From positions 12,338,001-12,402,000 of the forward strand of contig CM022672.1 in NCBI GenBank assembly GCA_012295275.1: 64,000 bases of DNA, in the 5' to 3' direction. The notes under the pieces were generated by a model, which had not been told where the DNA came from, did not search any database, and saw only the letters and a program-made list of their open reading frames with translations. This DNA comes from Chrysomallon squamiferum. Lineage: Eukaryota > Animalia > Mollusca. The position numbers and the translations under genes were made by a program. Of the stretch, positions 1 through 13,700 are shown one piece after another; position 1 is the stretch's first letter; each line of letters starts with the position of its first letter.

Positions 1-76
1 TATTTTTCTGTTTTGCCACTGCTTAAGTTATCTTGATTATTAGATACATTTCTTTGAAATAGTTTTTAATAATTAC

Positions 77-639
77 CATTGATATATACTGTAATGGAAT
101 TTCCTCAATAGGAGTTATCCATGCTGGGGGAAGATTCTGAAAAAGGAATAATTCATTACTTATTTAACTGAAGCACTATTATATGCTTCGTATATTAAAA
201 TTATTATAATATATATGTAACTTGTAAGCATAAATTTGTATTGTGTTGAATAATTATTTATCTTTACCCAGCATGCCATAAAAATAATAATTCAGGATAG
301 TTAAATTATAAACAGTTTAAACAGTATTAACATTTATATCTATTTTTGAACTTTAATTATAAATAGTATTAATCTAAATATACAAACTGTGCTACTTTGA
401 GTGTACATTTACATTTTAAATAAATATTAATTTGACAAATACTGTTACTGATGTATATTCTTTTAAAGAAAAGATAAAAAAAAAATTAGAAAGTTTACCA
501 CTGGATTATCAATATAATAAACAAGTCTTGCACAACTCTGATTCAGAACAAAATATCGCCGAATGAAAACACCACTGTTTTCATCTTGTTCAATATTCAG
601 AAAACCACAAATCTGACCCAGTTTGTCTCTGTATACCAT
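77..639 (-). CDS. PLEKHA1: TAPP1/TAPP2 (PLEKHA1/PLEKHA2)-like tandem PH-domain protein, first two coding exons (gene continues off the left edge)
   Basis: Minus-strand exons 639-499 (MVYRDKLGQICGFLNIEQDENSGVFIRRYFVLNQSCARLVYYIDNPV, GTAAAC donor) and 136-77 (NLPPAWITPIEEIPLQYISM, TTTTCAG acceptor, GTAATT donor). Matches the TAPP N-terminus as I know it ([33 protein letters not shown]...YMDNPQNLP). Not in the ORF track. An invertebrate gene would be co-orthologous to PLEKHA1 and PLEKHA2. Confidence 0.88.
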
Positions 640-1210
640 TATTTCACATTACTGATTCATCATTTTTACGTCTAAACAGAAAAAGGAAAAATAAAAACAA
701 CTGTATAAACATATATTAAAGTTATGAATTAATAAAGTACAAAATAGGCAGCTGCACTTGACATGGAATTGAAGTAAGTTATTGCTGATACATTGTTTCC
801 ATTATAATAAATTAAATAATAGTACACCAAGATGTATATTTAATACTGTCACTGATGGCTATAATTATGCTAAGAGGATAATCAGATTCCGGAAGTAAAG
901 AGTTAGTCCAATGTTTTGTTACAAACTGTGGAAGAAAAAAACCAAACATAAAATGAGAAAAGTATCATAAACGCATAAAAAAAACATCAATAAATGAACT
1001 AACAGTAGATCTATGACAGTCTGACAGCCTAATTAAATATTAAGTTACATTTACTACTAACTTCTTAAAGTTTTAAATATGAAACTTAATTTAATATCAT
1101 ACCACAATATTTTGAAAAAGCCGTTCAATTGACAATTGTTCGTATATCCATGCTTAGACCAACCATTACTTATCTTCTGTTGTACTTTCAACCCATCATG
1201 GAAAATCAAA

Positions 1211-1213
<3 letters not shown>

Positions 1214-1277
<64 letters not shown>
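1214..1277. repeat. (CT)n microsatellite in the PLEKHA1-SFI1 divergent intergenic region
   Basis: About 32 perfect CT units; source of the spurious RERERE ORF 1057-1293. Confidence 0.95.
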
Positions 1278-1281
<4 letters not shown>

Positions 1282-1393
1282 ATACGAACGCAAGTTTGTA
1301 TCTAGGCATGTAGTTATGTGACACTGACTGTATCATGTATATGTAAATATTTTAGTCAATACGAAATCTTAATATAGTTCACTGTCGGATCTA

Positions 1394-1450
1394 GTGTGTG
1401 TGTGTGTGTGAGTGTGTGTGTGTACACACACACACACACACACACACACA
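1394..1450. repeat. (GT)n-(AC)n inverted microsatellite (self-complementary)
   Basis: A GT run (one interruption) abuts an AC run around a central GTAC. Confidence 0.9.
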
Positions 1451-1729
1451 TAATTATATATACACAAGAAATTCAGTATTAAACATAAAATGCTCTAGAT
1501 ATTAATGATAATTTAAAAAAGCAAATATATATATACATAAACAAAAGAAAAAACGGAGCAGTACTCAAATCAAAGGAACTACAGAAAGCAACACCAAACA
1601 AGCAAGGGACGTCACTCTACGCGGGTGAACTAAATACTTGTTTGTGCTTGTAAACTATTGTAAACACTAAATAGGGATATGGTCATGGATTACGAATTGA
1701 CGTAACAGAGTTGATTGTAAAACTTCACT

Positions 1730-4700
1730 ATGGACAGACGAAATTTTAAAAAAGTTGACGATGACTCTAAATATATAAAGATCAAACAAACGAACCTAGT
1801 GGGTGATACTGATAATCCGTGGCATTTGCAAACTGACACCAACAGTCGCGATGAGAGTGATAGTGCCGTTCAGACTCATAATCTGCAAAGTTGTTTAACT
1901 TTAAAAGCTTACAGTCAGCATGTCAGATCACCTGCTAAATATAAAGCAAAATCAGACCAGTAAGAATTCATATTATTTTGAACGTAGTACTGATTTTATA
2001 ATGTCATTAAAATGGGTATTAAGACAACATATTATTATTTATTAAGTAACTGATAACAATTAACGTATTTAATTATTAAGATGTTGTTTTCATTTAGAAT
2101 GTATTTATTTATGCTATAAGGCTAAATAATTATTTTTTTCCTAGCTCTGCAAATGCCCCTCAGAGTATGTCTAAACTTCCAGTTTCACAAGCACGAGCGA
2201 GACGGAGAGAAAAAATTGATGGCACTAGCAAAACCAAATCAACATTAAACATTCAAAATTATCGACCTGATTACACATGGAACAGAGGTGGTCGTGTTAA
2301 AGAATTACGACTAAGGTAACTGTGTAATAATTAAAATTCATATGTAATTGTTACCTTCTGATTTAAGAGAGTATAAAATAATTCAGTGTATGTAATGCAT
2401 TTGCATATTATTTTTAAAATTGTTTTTATTGCACTTTCCAGTTCTGTTACTGAAACCAAACATATATAGATCAATAAATAAAATATTAATCATTAAATAC
2501 TTTTTATTTTTCAGATACCTTTCAAGAAAATATTTGTACATTTGGTTAAAGAATGTATTTGGGAGAATTTGCCCATCTACAGCACAGTATGAGTATATTT
2601 TAAATTTAATTTGTTTTACTTAATCGTGTATGTGTCTGTACATACATAAATAACAATTAAAAAAATTCAAAATCCATTTTCAGTATTGACTTTTATTTAT
2701 TCAATTTAAAAAAAAATAGTAATAATAATTTCTGTAAACATAAATCATTTCTTGCTCGCAATGTTATTTTATAGTTTTGGAATAATTTACTTACTACCTT
2801 CTAAGGATTTTTTGCAGCCAGCATTGTGCTGTTGTGTAATTTAAAACTAATTATATAGTTAACAACACTGCTTTGAATGCAGTATCTAAAATGCAATAAA
2901 TAATTTTTTTATCAGCTCTTTTTTTATATATATTTTTATTTTTTTTAAGATTGCATTACAACAGACAAAAAATGGCTTTGTGCTTCAAACACTGGCAAGC
3001 CTATTGGTGGGAAATCAGACAGGAGTGGAGACTTCTTGTCAGAGCTGATTGTCATTACAAGTTAGTCTGAAATATTTACATCAGCAAAAAAAAATAATTA
3101 AATGTCTTTTACAAACTTTTCAAAGTGTACTGTAATTAAGTTCAATAGCTTCTTTTTCATCTTGAGAAATACCGGATGAAAGTACTGTAAAATAACTAAA
3201 ACATCAGATTATATTATTTAATATGTTCTTAGTTTAAAGTGAATTTGTTAGTTATCTGGTGACTGCAGATTTTTATTTTCATTTTAGAAAATATGAAAAT
3301 CAGTTTTTTTTTTCATTTACTATATCTAATGATACATTTGTCATCATTTTTCTGTTATATTAAGGTCTGGATTTGTGTTTATATGTGTGTGTGTGTGTGA
3401 GCTTGTCTACGTATGGATCTAACAGAATATGTTTGGCACATACACAAACACCATCAGATGGTTCTTAAAAGAGACTCAAACACTAGTTATTTTTACAGAT
3501 GTTGTGAAACTTTTCTAGATTTATAATTCTGTTTTAATTTCAACATAAATATTTTAATGTTTTTACATTTTATTTGATTGTAGATATGTAATATGGACAA
3601 AAGTAATATTTGCTTGGAAAGCTTTTGTGATACTTCAGTCAGAGAAGAAAAGAAAAAATGAAATAGCATCACAGATGTGTAAGTTGGAATCTTTATTTCA
3701 TTCACCCACTAAAGTCTTTGTTTGTAAAAAAAAGTCAGATCTGTATTGACTTGATGTTTCTGACCATCCCTTTAAAAAAAAAAAAATAAAGTTTAATCAA
3801 TTAATTTGGAAAAAAATATCTTCAATGTTTTTTTTATTTGATATTGGTAAGGTATCAAGAGAAATTTTTAATTTTTTTTTTTATATGTATAGTTTCTCTT
3901 AAAATTTCTTTTATTTATAAAATATTAACAATGTACATTTACAGATAACAAGAATGTTTCCCGATCTATATTAAAAGCTTGGATCAATTATATTTATGAA
4001 AGAAGAAGAAAAAAATTACTGAGAACTCAGGCTGACCTATTTAACAATATGTCCTGTGTCAGGTATTTACTTTGATTAACCGCTATGTATCCAAGTTAAT
4101 TCAATATTTCTTTGTAGTGAAACAGAGAGGCTTATGACATAAATTAAATAGTAAAGTTACCACCAGAAATTTTTGTAGAATGGGAATGATAATGATACTT
4201 AATAAAATAACCATTCAAGAAAGACTGAATGGCCCTATCTTTAGAGAAACTGTACAAAAAAATAATAGAACTGCATAATAAATGATATCAAACTAATTAT
4301 TATTTTTGTGAAATTTACAAAAAGAGCCATGATGTCCGTATTATCATTTAGTTCAATCAGTTATCTAAAATCTTCATGATTTACAGACAAGATATTTATC
4401 TGGCCAGAAACATTGAAATTAAAAAGTGTCTGAATGTTAATTTGTTCACTTTGAACACTGTTGACATTGTAGTGATATACACAAACATACGTAACTAAAT
4501 CCTAGTTAGGCATGTTGTTCTGAGTATGTTCTGCAGTGTCACTAAATGTAGAACATAACTTAAAGCAGAAATAATACATCTGTTAATTCTTTTTGAATTG
4601 TATTGTCTGTAAGTGCAAAATAGATTGTATTTCATATTCTGTTTTGATGACACATTAAAGTTTATAACCTGTTTGCAGAGTAGCTTGGAAAAAATGGAAA

Positions 4701-7700
4701 AATCAACATGGGCTGGCTTCAGAACAAAATGACATGGCAGCCTTGGCTCTCCAGTTTTGGGCCTACAGAATTCAAGCACAGGTACATAATTGTTAAAAAA
4801 AAAAAATAAAAAAATAAAGAAATATATACATTTTTTATTCCTCATCAGTCATCAACTGATTTACAGAGTAATTTTGATTTAGCCATATTTCTACAGTGCA
4901 AGATTTGCAGAAGTCACAAAAAAGTATTCCAAATATTATAATATTATAAACAAGGAATAATATTTGAAAAGAAAATCAAACTTTTTACTGTGGCTGCTTT
5001 TTCTGATGAATTGTAAAAGCTTTGCAGCATCTGAATTCTATATTTGAGTTTAGATACATTTGACAGTGAATGTTATATTTATACAATTTTTTTATTTAAT
5101 TTTTCTTGCAGCATTGGCTAATTTGGCAAGATACTTATTTGAATCGTCAGAAAATAACAAAGCAGAAAGCAAACGCTGAAAGACATCATGACAGGGTTAT
5201 TGTTTTCAAATGTTGGAAAGCCTGGATAATTTACTGCAAAATTCGGCGAGTCAAAATTCAGAATAAAAGTAAATGTTTCTTAGATTTAAAATAACAACTG
5301 TCATTAGTATTTTAATCACATGGAGCTATTTCCAAAAACTATCTGCTGGTTTCAAATAACTTGAGAATTGTATTGATGCATGTTTACATTAATGTCAGTC
5401 TGACTTTAAGACAATAATATTTTTGTCAACACCAGTTTTTTCTACATTTCTGGTACTTCAGAACCCATGAAAATAATATTGTTTGAAAGTTTTTAAATTT
5501 TAGAAAGCTTTTTGCTTTTGTCATTTTCTTAATTGCAGGATTAAATTATATATTTATTTTTGACTTTCTTCTTTATTTTTGCTAAAAGTTGCATATAAAC
5601 ATTTCATCACACATTTTAATGCATGTATTTTGACTTCCATCAGTTTGTTTTTCCTAGTTCTTTCTCTTGTTAAATCTTCAGCTACATTTCAGATGTATTT
5701 AAGATTATTTCTGATTTCTTTCTCTCAGATTTTGCAATTAATATTTACCAAACATCCTTGAAGCTGAGGCTTTTAAATGTATGGCAAAAACGACTGCAAG
5801 CTCAGCGTTCTCTAGCAGCTAATGAACAACATATGGCTGTAATGGCCAAGGGATTCAAGACCAGACAGGTTTTCACATGCTGGAAATTTTGTATCCTTTT
5901 TAAAATTTAATTTTGAATTTTTTTTCATGATTAGTAAGTAATAAAGAAACATAGCTTATGCAACATTTTATTGTTAGTGAGTGTATTATTACTACATATT
6001 TTGTTTTCTTCATTCCCTGCAACAAAATGTGTTATATGTAGATTGTTATTGTAATACAAATATCTGATACATCATCATTATACTACTATTAAGATGATTT
6101 AAGTAAATATTCATTCATTTACCATGCATTTTGTCAACAGTCTGTACAAATGTTTTGTTTAAGGCATCTATTCATATCAGTGGAAATTCTTTGTTCATCA
6201 ATGAACTTTTAACTTAAAATTATTTATAAGCACCTAATATCGGCTTAAATTAGATTAAAAATAAAAGCATAATCATGAAAGTATTGTAATGAAAACGTTT
6301 CAGAAACTGCATAAAGAAAAATGGCTAAATGTATAGACTGTATTTCTATGAACTATTTTTTTATATTGGTACCTGTTGATACAGTAGATGCATTTTGACA
6401 CTCAAAGGAAAAAAATAATTTTCCTATGCAACCAAGATGTCAGGTTGAAAAAAGAGAAAAGAAACAAGGAGAAAATGGCTGATGAGCATCATCGGCACAA
6501 CCAGCTGATGTTAGGGTTAATGGCATTTCGATTAAACATGGTCTCACACAGAGTCAAGATTGTCAGAATACAGATGGCAGATGCTTTGAGAATTAGTCAT
6601 GTATGTATAGTATTTATATAAGTGTTATATTGAATATCTGTGTAAATATTATTTTATTATTTTTTTTATACATCATCTGAGCGTATGCTAGTTTGACTGA
6701 AGTATAATATTATAAAACATACATACAGAGATATATCTGTATTAATAATGTGTGTATAGACAGAATGGTAGATGTTGTGTGCTGGTATCTGCATCGTAAT
6801 AAATGTATGTACATTTGTATGCTTATGTATATGTGTGTATGTATGTTTTGTGTGTGTATATACATGTGTGTGTGTGTGTGTGTGTGTGTTCTGTGGTTTG
6901 TATATTTCATTTACTGATAATAAAATAACTTGATAATGGTGTTAGAATTAACATTCACAACAAGCTGTTACTTCAGTATTAGACATAATATTGACTTGTT
7001 TCCACAGTTGATGAGGTTTGCTTGGACTAAATGGTCTGCTCTGTTTGAACAGAAAGAAGAACTCAAACTTCTTTCTAAGACTGTGTCAGCTAGAAGACAT
7101 TACAGGTAAGATATCATCAGCTAGAGTAATAATATGTGTAAACTTTTTACATAAAGCTTCATTACATGATTTTATAAGTTAAACCTTCCACATTTTAAAT
7201 AATTTCAACATTTGAATGAAATAACCTGGGACACTGTTTTTCAGCACTGTATTTTCCAAACACTGTTTATATTTGACTCATATGTCCAACATCTTTAAAA
7301 CTGAAAAGTACAAGAATGTAGAATTAGTTCACTTTGAACATTTAAAAAAAGAAAGAAGTGTTTGTCTGTGTGTGTGTGAGTGTGTTGTAAAGTGGATGCT
7401 TTTTAAATATACTTGTGATTGAATTACAGAATTCAAATTTTGAAAAGATGTTTGAGGTCATGGCTTCAGTATGTTCACTGGAGACATCTGAGGATTGTAA
7501 GTAACTAAACTTTTGTTTAAGTGACTGTAAACCATTTGAAAACTGTTTTGTGCTATAAAGTGATGGAGAATCATAGAATCAGAATACATTATATTTCATA
7601 AGATGAAAAACAATGTACATAATATAAAGAACATAAATGGTAAATCCATAACAGAGTAAAACAGTGTATCAGCAAGTGAACTTTTAAAACAGTGTGTTTT

Positions 7701-10700
7701 ATATAACCATAAATAATTTCGAACACCTGAATGTAAGTAATAATAAACAACCTTAACGAAACAACATTTTGAAATTACCTCCTTAAAGCAATCAGTGATA
7801 AACATCCTTAATTTTGTGATCTCCCCACAGACTGACATGTTTACATGTACTAAAATTCATATATTCCAGACCCAGTATGTGAAGGCTGATGCACATTTCT
7901 ATCAGCGGACTGCATCTCTTTGTCTCTTCAGAATGAGAGTGTTTGCCCAGATGGAAAAGAACCAGAGAGATCTGGTTCAAAAAGCTGTGGAATTTAGAAA
8001 GTTAGTTCCATATGTTTAATATAAATAATATTGGTACTTGTTTAAGAAGGACATTTTTATTTGTCTTTTTTAGGATGGTAATTTTAGTTTAAAGTATTTA
8101 GTATTATTAGAACTTATTAAACTCAAAATTTATCACCTTTCGTTGAATGATAAAATATGTATGTTGATGATAGCAAAATTTCTTTTTATGTAAGATACCA
8201 CTTATTGATTATATGTTTCTGTAATTTGTAATTTTTGGGCTGATATTATCAACACTGTATAAAAATTTCTCAGTATTATGTTATAACAAACGTGTTTATT
8301 GTGTCAAAGATGTATCTGACTGTGTTGTATTTGTGTACAGAGAAACTCTCTGCTGGCAGTACTTTACACAGTGGAAAACTGAGTGGGAAAGAAGTAAAGA
8401 GAACAGGATGCTTCAGAGACTGGTAACACACACATTATTATTATTTAATAATGTTTTAATGTCCTATTATTATACAACTGTTATAAAAATTAATTATTCA
8501 GACAATATATTTTAGTCAAATAATTTCTTTAACTTTCAAAGAGATATAATCATTTACTTAAAATAATAATACCTAGAGATACATTTTACACTATTCATGT
8601 CCCTTTTTGTATTTGTTCTTCACAGCAGTCTTTACTAATAAAGCATCACAATATTAATTATAAAATCAAATTTGAGGAAAATACCTTTACTACCATATTT
8701 GTCAGAATTTTTATTGTCATAATGTTTTGAATTGAAAAATATAAACAAAGTAAAAAATATACTGAGTGTATCATAGTAAAATAGTTATATTTCTTGTCAG
8801 CTAGTGACTTTTTAGATAATATTTCTATCATGAAGGGTTGTAACATGTAAACTTCTGTAATCTTCAGAAAATTAAATTCAGAAAGTTACGTTCATTTTTG
8901 AAATATTGGTAAAAACAAAATTGGAAATAGCAAATTACATCAGAATTTAATCTTTTTTAAAATAAAAATTAGCCATTTTCTTTGTTTGTATATAAAAAGA
9001 AAAGTGTTTTTCTGTTTTGTACATTAGAATTACTTAAATTTTAGGCAATTCTTCACTGTGAGGATGTCTTGAAGGCTAGGTTATTTTCCATGTGGAGAAA
9101 AAAGACAAGAGAGGTGTTATCCCAAAGAGAAAAGGAGGTGATTATTTTTTATTTATTCTGGCATTAGATTCATAATACATTCTTCAAACTGAATGTTACT
9201 TACATTGCTTTGATTGTGCATCAACCTGATTTTCATGCTTTTTTTTTGCTTTTTTTTTTGTCATTTATAAGAACTGGTCTTAACATACTGATAAAAAATA
9301 CTTTGAACTTTTTAAAAACAATATTCTGTTCTTTAACTGCTTTATGATTTAAAGAATTTTCAAACTGTTTTCTGTTTCAGCTTTTTCATTACTTTAATTT
9401 TACATGCATGTAAAGACACACATGCAGGCACCTTGTGCACACACACACATACATGTATATATATACATATATATATTATTTATTTATTTATTTGTTTGTT
9501 TGTTTGTTTGTTTGTTTGTTTGTTTAAAACCTTGAATGTCCTATAGATCCAAAATATTTATTTTTATTTTTTTCAAAAAGGTTTTGGCCATCGAACATTG
9601 CCAAACAAATCTTTGTCACAGACACTTAATAGCATGGAGAGATTATGTTCAGCAACTTAAACTGAGGTAAATTGTTTATTACAAAGTAGCTAACATTTTA
9701 ACATTGCATTTACTACAGTATTTAATTATTTTTGTTTGCAAGCAGTATTTTATATAATATTATTTAAATGCCTATAGCAATAAAAATACCGTTAGTTCAA
9801 GTAATTTCTATTGCAGTATTCAAAATTAAGGTTTCAGATTCTGAAATACCAAAAACCAAAAACAGTTTTAAATAAATTAAACAAATAAATATATAAAAAT
9901 TCATTTAAAGCCAAGTTAATTTAGTTAGCACAGGTAATGAAAGAAGAATTGTTGATTCATTTTTTAATTTTAATGTTTATCTATTTCCAGTGAAGAGAAT
10001 GAAATCAAAGCTGCCAGATTTTACTGTACATCTTTGTTGACAAAAACTGTCAGATCATGGAAACAGGTTTCACTATTTTAATACCAACAACTGAGTATGA
10101 AAGAAAGAAAACAGAGATTTATTTATATTGTTTTTAATTTAAATTTTCAAAGTAAATTTAACAGCAGAATAAGATCATTTCATAATGTTGTTTTTATGAA
10201 ATATATGTTGTGGAAATAAAGTTTAAAAATTGTCACCATTAATTTATTTCAAATTTAGGTGAAAAACATTGCATTTAATTCATGACAACAGGGCATTTAT
10301 TTTTGTTTTCTGACAAAAGTGCTGTTTTGATACAACTCATTTAAATATGCTGATAGATTCAACAGGTGTCTGTTTGCAGCTTTAACATTTTTTCTTCTTG
10401 TTGTTGTTGCAGTATCACATGCACAAGAGATGTTCAAAAGAGAAAACTAAAAAAGCTGTGTTATTCCATAACCATTCATTGTACAGAAAAACACTAACCT
10501 GTTGGAGATTATATGTATCCAAAATACAGGAAATAAACACTGTGGTTGAGGTCAGGTTTAACAACAAATGCCAACATCTGCTTAGGTTAGTTTATATATC
10601 ACTTTAAAAAAATAATCTGTGCTTTAAGACGTTAAGCAGAACTTTTTTTTTTTTTTTTTTTTTTTGTTACATCCAGGTGTACATCTCATCTGTTTCTGTT

Positions 10701-13700
10701 TTTACTTTATAAAGAAACTCATTTCATCTGGAATGTTCAATTTAACATATTTATGACACCATACTGTTTTAGTGAAATCCTGGATCCACTCTTGTAAGGC
10801 ATATATGGAACTGAGCATCTTGTTTTATTAATGTAATAACTGATTTAGAATTTTGTTCAAAAACTTTAATCCTTAAATTAAAAAATACTGACATTTTATA
10901 GATCATTTAGAAATAACAAAAAAAAAAAAAAAAAAAGAAAACCCCAACCTGAAAAATTTAAATGATATTTTTAAGATTCTGTGCCATTTTAAACTGATAC
11001 AGTTATTTAGTAATCTTAATAACAACAACAATAATAACACTTAATTGTTTTGGTGTCGATATGATTTTCAGGTGGTCACTGGTCAGATGGAGAGAAAATG
11101 TTCAGCTTCAGATGTCCATCAGACAGCAAGAAAACAAAGGTGCAATTTTCCACAGGACACAGCTACTGGCTAAGGTATTGCATAATTTTGTTCATTTTTT
11201 TTCATGACGTCAGTTAATTTTATGCTGAATATCAGAACAGAAAAAGTGATTTTTATATGCATCTTAAGCACACAATTCATTATCTGAGACAAGAAACCCC
11301 TTGTATTTTTATGTTCACTCAACAAAAGCATGTTACAAAGGTTTTTGATTTCTTCTAAGGTTTTACAGTCCTGGCATCGTTACACAGTGGTCCGAGCATA
11401 CAAAAGAATACAAACACTGGAACTAGAGAACACAGTGAAACAGCAACTACTGAAAAGTGAGTTTCCTCTAATTTTGGTATTTTCAAAGGTTGATACCGTA
11501 TCAGTGATTTTTGATCTGGCTGATGGTGTCCTCTTACAAAACTATAGGAACACAGGGTGATAGTAAAATCTGTGTGTTTTATAACATATAAAATTTTATA
11601 TTCACACAAGATTAATTATACTTCCATCACTGTATAGAATTTACCCTAGGGTTCAATCCTAAAAAAAATGGAGTGCTGAAAAATAAAAGGTTAAAGGTCA
11701 CTGCTCTATAACGACCTGAACTGAATATTAAGAATTTTTTATTTCTTCTCACAATTGGTGAGATGTCACGACTAAATGTAAGTCCCAAAACTTTAATTTT
11801 CATCCACTCAAAAAATGACCTTTATTCATACAGAAGCCAACATTTCCTTCTGTTTTTATTATTTTTTGGTATTCCATATTGACAGTCTTGATTAAAAACA
11901 TCATCAGTTATAACAACTTTTTCTCAGTAAACTGTATATTATTTCTGAAAAATTACACATTTAGTTATTTTTCTTTATAGATAAAATGAAGTATTACTTT
12001 CAACGATGGCATGAAGAATATTTGTTGTCAGACCACATGAAACAAAATCTCCTTATTGCTGAACAGCATTTTAGAAAATCTTGTCTGGAAAAATCTGTCT
12101 CTCAGTGGAAAAGCTTCACCCATTTGAAGATAAAAAAACACGTCTGTTAATGTTATTTATTGTTTTATTGACTCATAGTTCACAGATCATTAATTGTTTG
12201 ATGTGTTTTCAGTCAATACTTAAAATTATTTATTTGAAGAAATTTTTATTATTTGTATCTTTGTATAATGAATACATTATAAATATTTACTTAATGTATA
12301 TTTATACAGCAAATAGATTTTATACATTTACACATTGAATTTGAAAATATACATTTTATTTAGCTTTCTAGATTCATGATTTGTAAAATATATTAATAAT
12401 TTCTGAAGTTCCTGAAGGATTATATTAAAAAAAAAAAAAAAAAAATTATTATCATTATCATTATTATTAGTACAGCTGTTATTGTTATTTTTCACAATTA
12501 TTATTACTGGTATTTCCACTGGTTTTGTTGTACTTGTTTATTTATTTACTTATTTATATAATTTTCTAGCTTACAAACAGACAGAGTCAGTGGTTCTATA
12601 AAGTGTGTACAACTGCAAGGTTTTTCAGCTTGTGGAAACAAAGATTTGTCCAGTCACAGGAAGAAAAAAATAAAACAAATCTAGCATTGTGGCACTGGAG
12701 TCTTGTACTTCTTCAAAAAGTAAGCCAAAAAACCCACATTTATTTAGAATTGGTTAACTATTTATTGTTTATTTTCATGATTAATGGATTAGGCAGCATA
12801 GCTGTTCATTTGTTTACAATAAATTATATTTAGAATCTTTTGGTAGGTTTTTTTCAGGATTTATTTTCTAACTAATATTAATTTTAGCATTTAAAAACAG
12901 AGTTATTCACTGTTTATTTACTACTACAGACTGTGTCTGCATGGAGAGATTTTGATTTGGACAAAAAGAGAAAAAAACAGAGAGAAATGAAAGCCCTGGA
13001 AGCCAGGAGAGTACGTCTCCTTAAAGAAGGAATTTCAAAATGGCTGACAGTGGCAGCTGACCTGTCTGATCTTAGGGCAAAATTTGCTGCCCAGCGACAG
13101 GCAAAGGTGATTTGAACAATTTTAAAATTTAACTTCTTTTTTTATAAATAAATTATTTTAAAGTTATATTTTAAAATTTAACTTTTTTCCATGGATGTAA
13201 ATAAAAATTTATGTTTAAGGTATATTATTAATATTCTTTAAACAGTAAACATTTAATTGTATTTTATCTTATTATTATTATTATTATTAAATTTAATTAA
13301 TATTATATTTCATACATTTTTTTAACTGTGTTAAAATTGTTGATGAAATGTTCTGATTTTTAAATATTTTTTTTATTGGTATAATCATTTTATATTTTCA
13401 GAGTGCTTTTGACATATTTCGAATCACTCAAAAATATGCTTTAAAGTGGCGATACATTGCAAATGGAAAATCATCATGGAAAAACAAAAGATTGCCTGGA
13501 AAAAAATCCACACCTTCAAAAAATATGTCTAGACAAAATATTATCTCTAACAAAAACATTAACTCTAGAGAACATGTTATCGCTAGTGGGATGCATCCAG
13601 TAACTGTAACACTGCCAGAAAAATCAGCTGAAAGGGGAAGTTACTACAATTCAGAAATAACTCCTGAATGTGCTATTCCGATTTTGACATCTGTGACATC

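Noticed and set aside
1057-1293. RERERE ORF and the similar low-complexity ORFs (HTHT, CVCV, LSLS, poly-L/Y/N at about 6.7, 21, 24.5, 25.1-25.8, 29.4-30, 35.4-37.6, 50 and 52.5 kb)
   Set aside because: They are translations of di- and trinucleotide microsatellites in introns or intergenic DNA.
11640-11830. Transposon-like fragments here and near 18270 and 26000-26150
   Set aside because: No paired termini, TSD or second copy in the window; they cannot be classified without a search.
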